A stretch of DNA of 64,000 nt from Eledone cirrhosa (lineage: Eukaryota). The position numbers and the translations under genes are program-made. This document shows, piece after piece, positions 61,763 through 64,000 of the stretch. The DNA is taken from positions 316,758,001 to 316,822,000 of the forward strand of contig OZ024742.1 of NCBI GenBank assembly GCA_964016885.1, written 5' to 3'. The notes under the pieces were generated by a model. That model ran no database searches. It was given only the letters and a program-made list of their open reading frames with translations, and was not told the DNA's origin. The first letter of the stretch is position 1. Each line of letters starts with the position of its first letter.

Positions 61763-63856
61763 ATGGCTACCAAAAAAAAAAAATTTCATACGTCACTCCC
61801 ACTCATTCCGTCTTCTTCTTCCTCAATCATCACTACAGGAGAGAGAAGATTGTCTCTCTCCCTCCCTTCTTTAAATGTGTCTCTCTCCCTACCTTCTCTT
61901 TCGCAAGCGACGAAAGAAAAGAAAAGTCTCGTGCAAAGCGTGCAAGGTTTCTCCACGACGACGACGACAGCGACGAAACAGGTGTGCGGGAAATACGAAA
62001 ACCCAGTTCATTCGTCTGACGTCAGGAATAATAGCAGTAGCAGCCGTAATAACAACAGCAACAGTGACAATGAAAACAACAGTAGCAGCCGCAACAGCAT
62101 CACCAGCAGCATAAACAACAACAGCATTAGCAGCAGCAACACCAACAACAACCACAGCAACAGCGGCGGAGGCAGTAGTCGTAGTACCTGCAGCAACAAC
62201 AAAAGTACCAGCAGCTCTGACGACAACAACAACAGCAGAGAAAAACCAATCTCATTTGCAGGTATTGCGAAAAACCTGGAAACAATCCTCATAACAAATG
62301 AGGAATTAGAGGAAGCGAAGAAGATGGTGACAAAGAACGGACACCGAGCAATCTGCAAGGCAGCGAAAAATTTTTTCGAAACCCAAGAGCACTGTACGGT
62401 CACGTACCGTACAGTAAGTACAAAATCCCGTAGGGTGGAAAGAGCCACAGAGGCCCAAATACAAAAAGCCTTGGGGTCTGTGTGGCAGAGGAAAACGCAC
62501 ATCACCCGAGGCAAAAAATACGCCACCGTAGACGTACTTTTTGCCACACCCCAGGAGGCAAAGGCCCAATCAGTAGTGACCCTAAGGAGCGAGGAAATGG
62601 TGTTGGTGCCCTCCTACTGCGGGCAAAAAATTGTGAGGGTCAAACTGACCCACGTCCCCCCCGGAATGACCCCTTCTTGGCTGGCCGCGTCTGTCCTCGT
62701 CGGAATCGAGGACAAAACAACTGTACTGCAAGTACAGAAAAAAGTAAGAGAAGATTGGGTCGGCTCCTCCATTGAGATGCTAATCCAAACCAACCAGGAG
62801 TGCATCGAAGCTATCCCGGATGTGATAGACTTCGATAACGGCACTCAACTGCCCATAAGTGTTGAGGGCAAACGCCCGAAATGCTTTCGCTGTGGATCGA
62901 AGACTCACCTCAGGGCCTTCTGCAACGAGAAGACCCTGAGAAAGGAGAAAACCCCCCTCCTCCCGAATCCGGTTCCACGGCTACCAGCAACAGGACAAGC
63001 GGCAACCAGGAACGATAGGTCCGTGGCACCCATACCCACTCCACGGAAATCAAAGACAGCAGCAGCAGTGGAAATATTAACAACAACAACAGCAATACCA
63101 AATGCAGCTGCAACAGAGACTCCAGTGCAAACATCACCAACAACAACAAGTGAAAGAGTGGAGCTGGTACCCCTCCCCGACCTTACAGAATCAGACATGG
63201 AGTGTGAGGTGGGAGAGGGATGGCAAAAGGTCTCAAGAAGGCACAAACGCAGAAGCAGCGCATCGTCGCCTTTGAAAAGGGAGGAAAGAAATGAGAAAAG
63301 GGTAAAGTCTACTGCAAAGAGACCCACAGCAGCAACACCACCAACACCATCACCACCCACACCAGCACCACCATCACCACCGGCGACAACCCCACCGCCA
63401 ACAACACCTTCAACACCACAAGCACCAACATCGCAAACACAACAACAAAACACACACACCCAGCAACAACGACAAGAAAATAGCAGAACCACACCCCACC
63501 CCCAGAAAAACAAATGCACGGCAATAAACACACACAACAAGAAACTAATGACTTACATAATTGAACACACAGACATTTCACAACAGGACTACATAATACC
63601 AGCACCAATCAAAACGCCAACTAACATAAGACTGCTAAAAATAGCACAGAAACAATACACAAACATTAAAACGAAATTCCCCAACGCAGTTGGTGATTTC
63701 AGGGACCTAGGAGGAACCATTAATCGAAGAGTATATTCAGACATTCTCTTAGAAGAGCCGACGACCAGCCGAAGGGACGATTCAACGGTCCCTTCACCAG
63801 ACGATCAAGTGAAAAGGGATGTAAAAACCATCCCTCCTCTACCAAAAATACGGTAA
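61763..63856 (+). CDS. Tx1 ORF1p, copy 2
   Basis: identical translation to copy 1. Confidence 0.92.
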   Translation: MATKKKKFHTSLPLIPSSSSSIITTGERRLSLSLPSLNVSLSLPSLSQATKEKKSLVQSVQGFSTTTTTATKQVCGKYENPVHSSDVRNNSSSSRNNNSNSDNENNSSSRNSITSSINNNSISSSNTNNNHSNSGGGSSRSTCSNNKSTSSSDDNNNSREKPISFAGIAKNLETILITNEELEEAKKMVTKNGHRAICKAAKNFFETQEHCTVTYRTVSTKSRRVERATEAQIQKALGSVWQRKTHITRGKKYATVDVLFATPQEAKAQSVVTLRSEEMVLVPSYCGQKIVRVKLTHVPPGMTPSWLAASVLVGIEDKTTVLQVQKKVREDWVGSSIEMLIQTNQECIEAIPDVIDFDNGTQLPISVEGKRPKCFRCGSKTHLRAFCNEKTLRKEKTPLLPNPVPRLPATGQAATRNDRSVAPIPTPRKSKTAAAVEILTTTTAIPNAAATETPVQTSPTTTSERVELVPLPDLTESDMECEVGEGWQKVSRRHKRRSSASSPLKREERNEKRVKSTAKRPTAATPPTPSPPTPAPPSPPATTPPPTTPSTPQAPTSQTQQQNTHTQQQRQENSRTTPHPQKNKCTAINTHNKKLMTYIIEHTDISQQDYIIPAPIKTPTNIRLLKIAQKQYTNIKTKFPNAVGDFRDLGGTINRRVYSDILLEEPTTSRRDDSTVPSPDDQVKRDVKTIPPLPKIR

Positions 63857-63891
63857 GTGGTCTTTCCCATCTTTTCCACTCTATTTTAAAC

Positions 63892-64000
63892 ATGACCTCA
63901 CTCAGAATAGGCAGCATAAATGCGCGTGGCTTGGGGTCGTCATGGAAGCAGGGTCACCTGCTCAACGACCTCAGGTCACTAAACATAGATGTAGTGGCCA
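63892..64000 (+). CDS. Tx1 ORF2p, copy 2 (partial, truncated by the window edge)
   Basis: ATGACCTCACTCAGAATAGGC start identical to 57814. Confidence 0.9.
   Translation, partial: MTSLRIGSINARGLGSSWKQGHLLNDLRSLNIDVVA

Larger units (their letters stand above)
61550..64000 (+). mobile_element. Tx1 LINE copy 2, head-to-tail, runs off the window end
   Basis: repeat of 55472 onward at offset 6078; every duplicated ORF in the track has an identical translation. Confidence 0.95.

Noticed and set aside
55797-63917. Short overlapping and antisense ORFs inside the Tx1 copies
   Set aside because: Expected shadows of GC-rich or low-complexity coding sequence; no motifs

Overview
AT-rich, microsatellite-dense animal genomic DNA. 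The SINE families and repeat landscape suggest an octopod cephalopod; that is inferred from recognition, not from a search. No host gene is securely identifiable (one weak candidate exon). The window is mostly retroelements. It contains about 20 tRNA-derived SINE copies, RTE, Vingi-like, R4/Dong (RLE) and mariner relics, and several Penelope-like element (PLE) families carrying hammerhead ribozymes (HHRs) next to (TA)n tracts. At the right end is an intact two-ORF Tx1/L1-clade LINE (55472-61549) followed head-to-tail by an apparently identical copy (period 6078 bp). Main observations: (1) a GTAAGT...CAG candidate 53-nt intron that would remove the ORF1 stop and fuse ORF1 to ORF2 in frame; (2) Dong and tandem Tx1 elements stacked in one (TTA)n tract; (3) a recurring asymmetric fold-back architecture of HHR-bearing elements in (TA)n, including a perfect 433-bp palindrome with a ribozyme on each strand and a retrozyme-like 468-nt unit; (4) a U3-A8 variant hammerhead core; (5) a U2 snRNA-SINE chimera; (6) inverted duplications of flanking DNA centred on (TA)n tracts.
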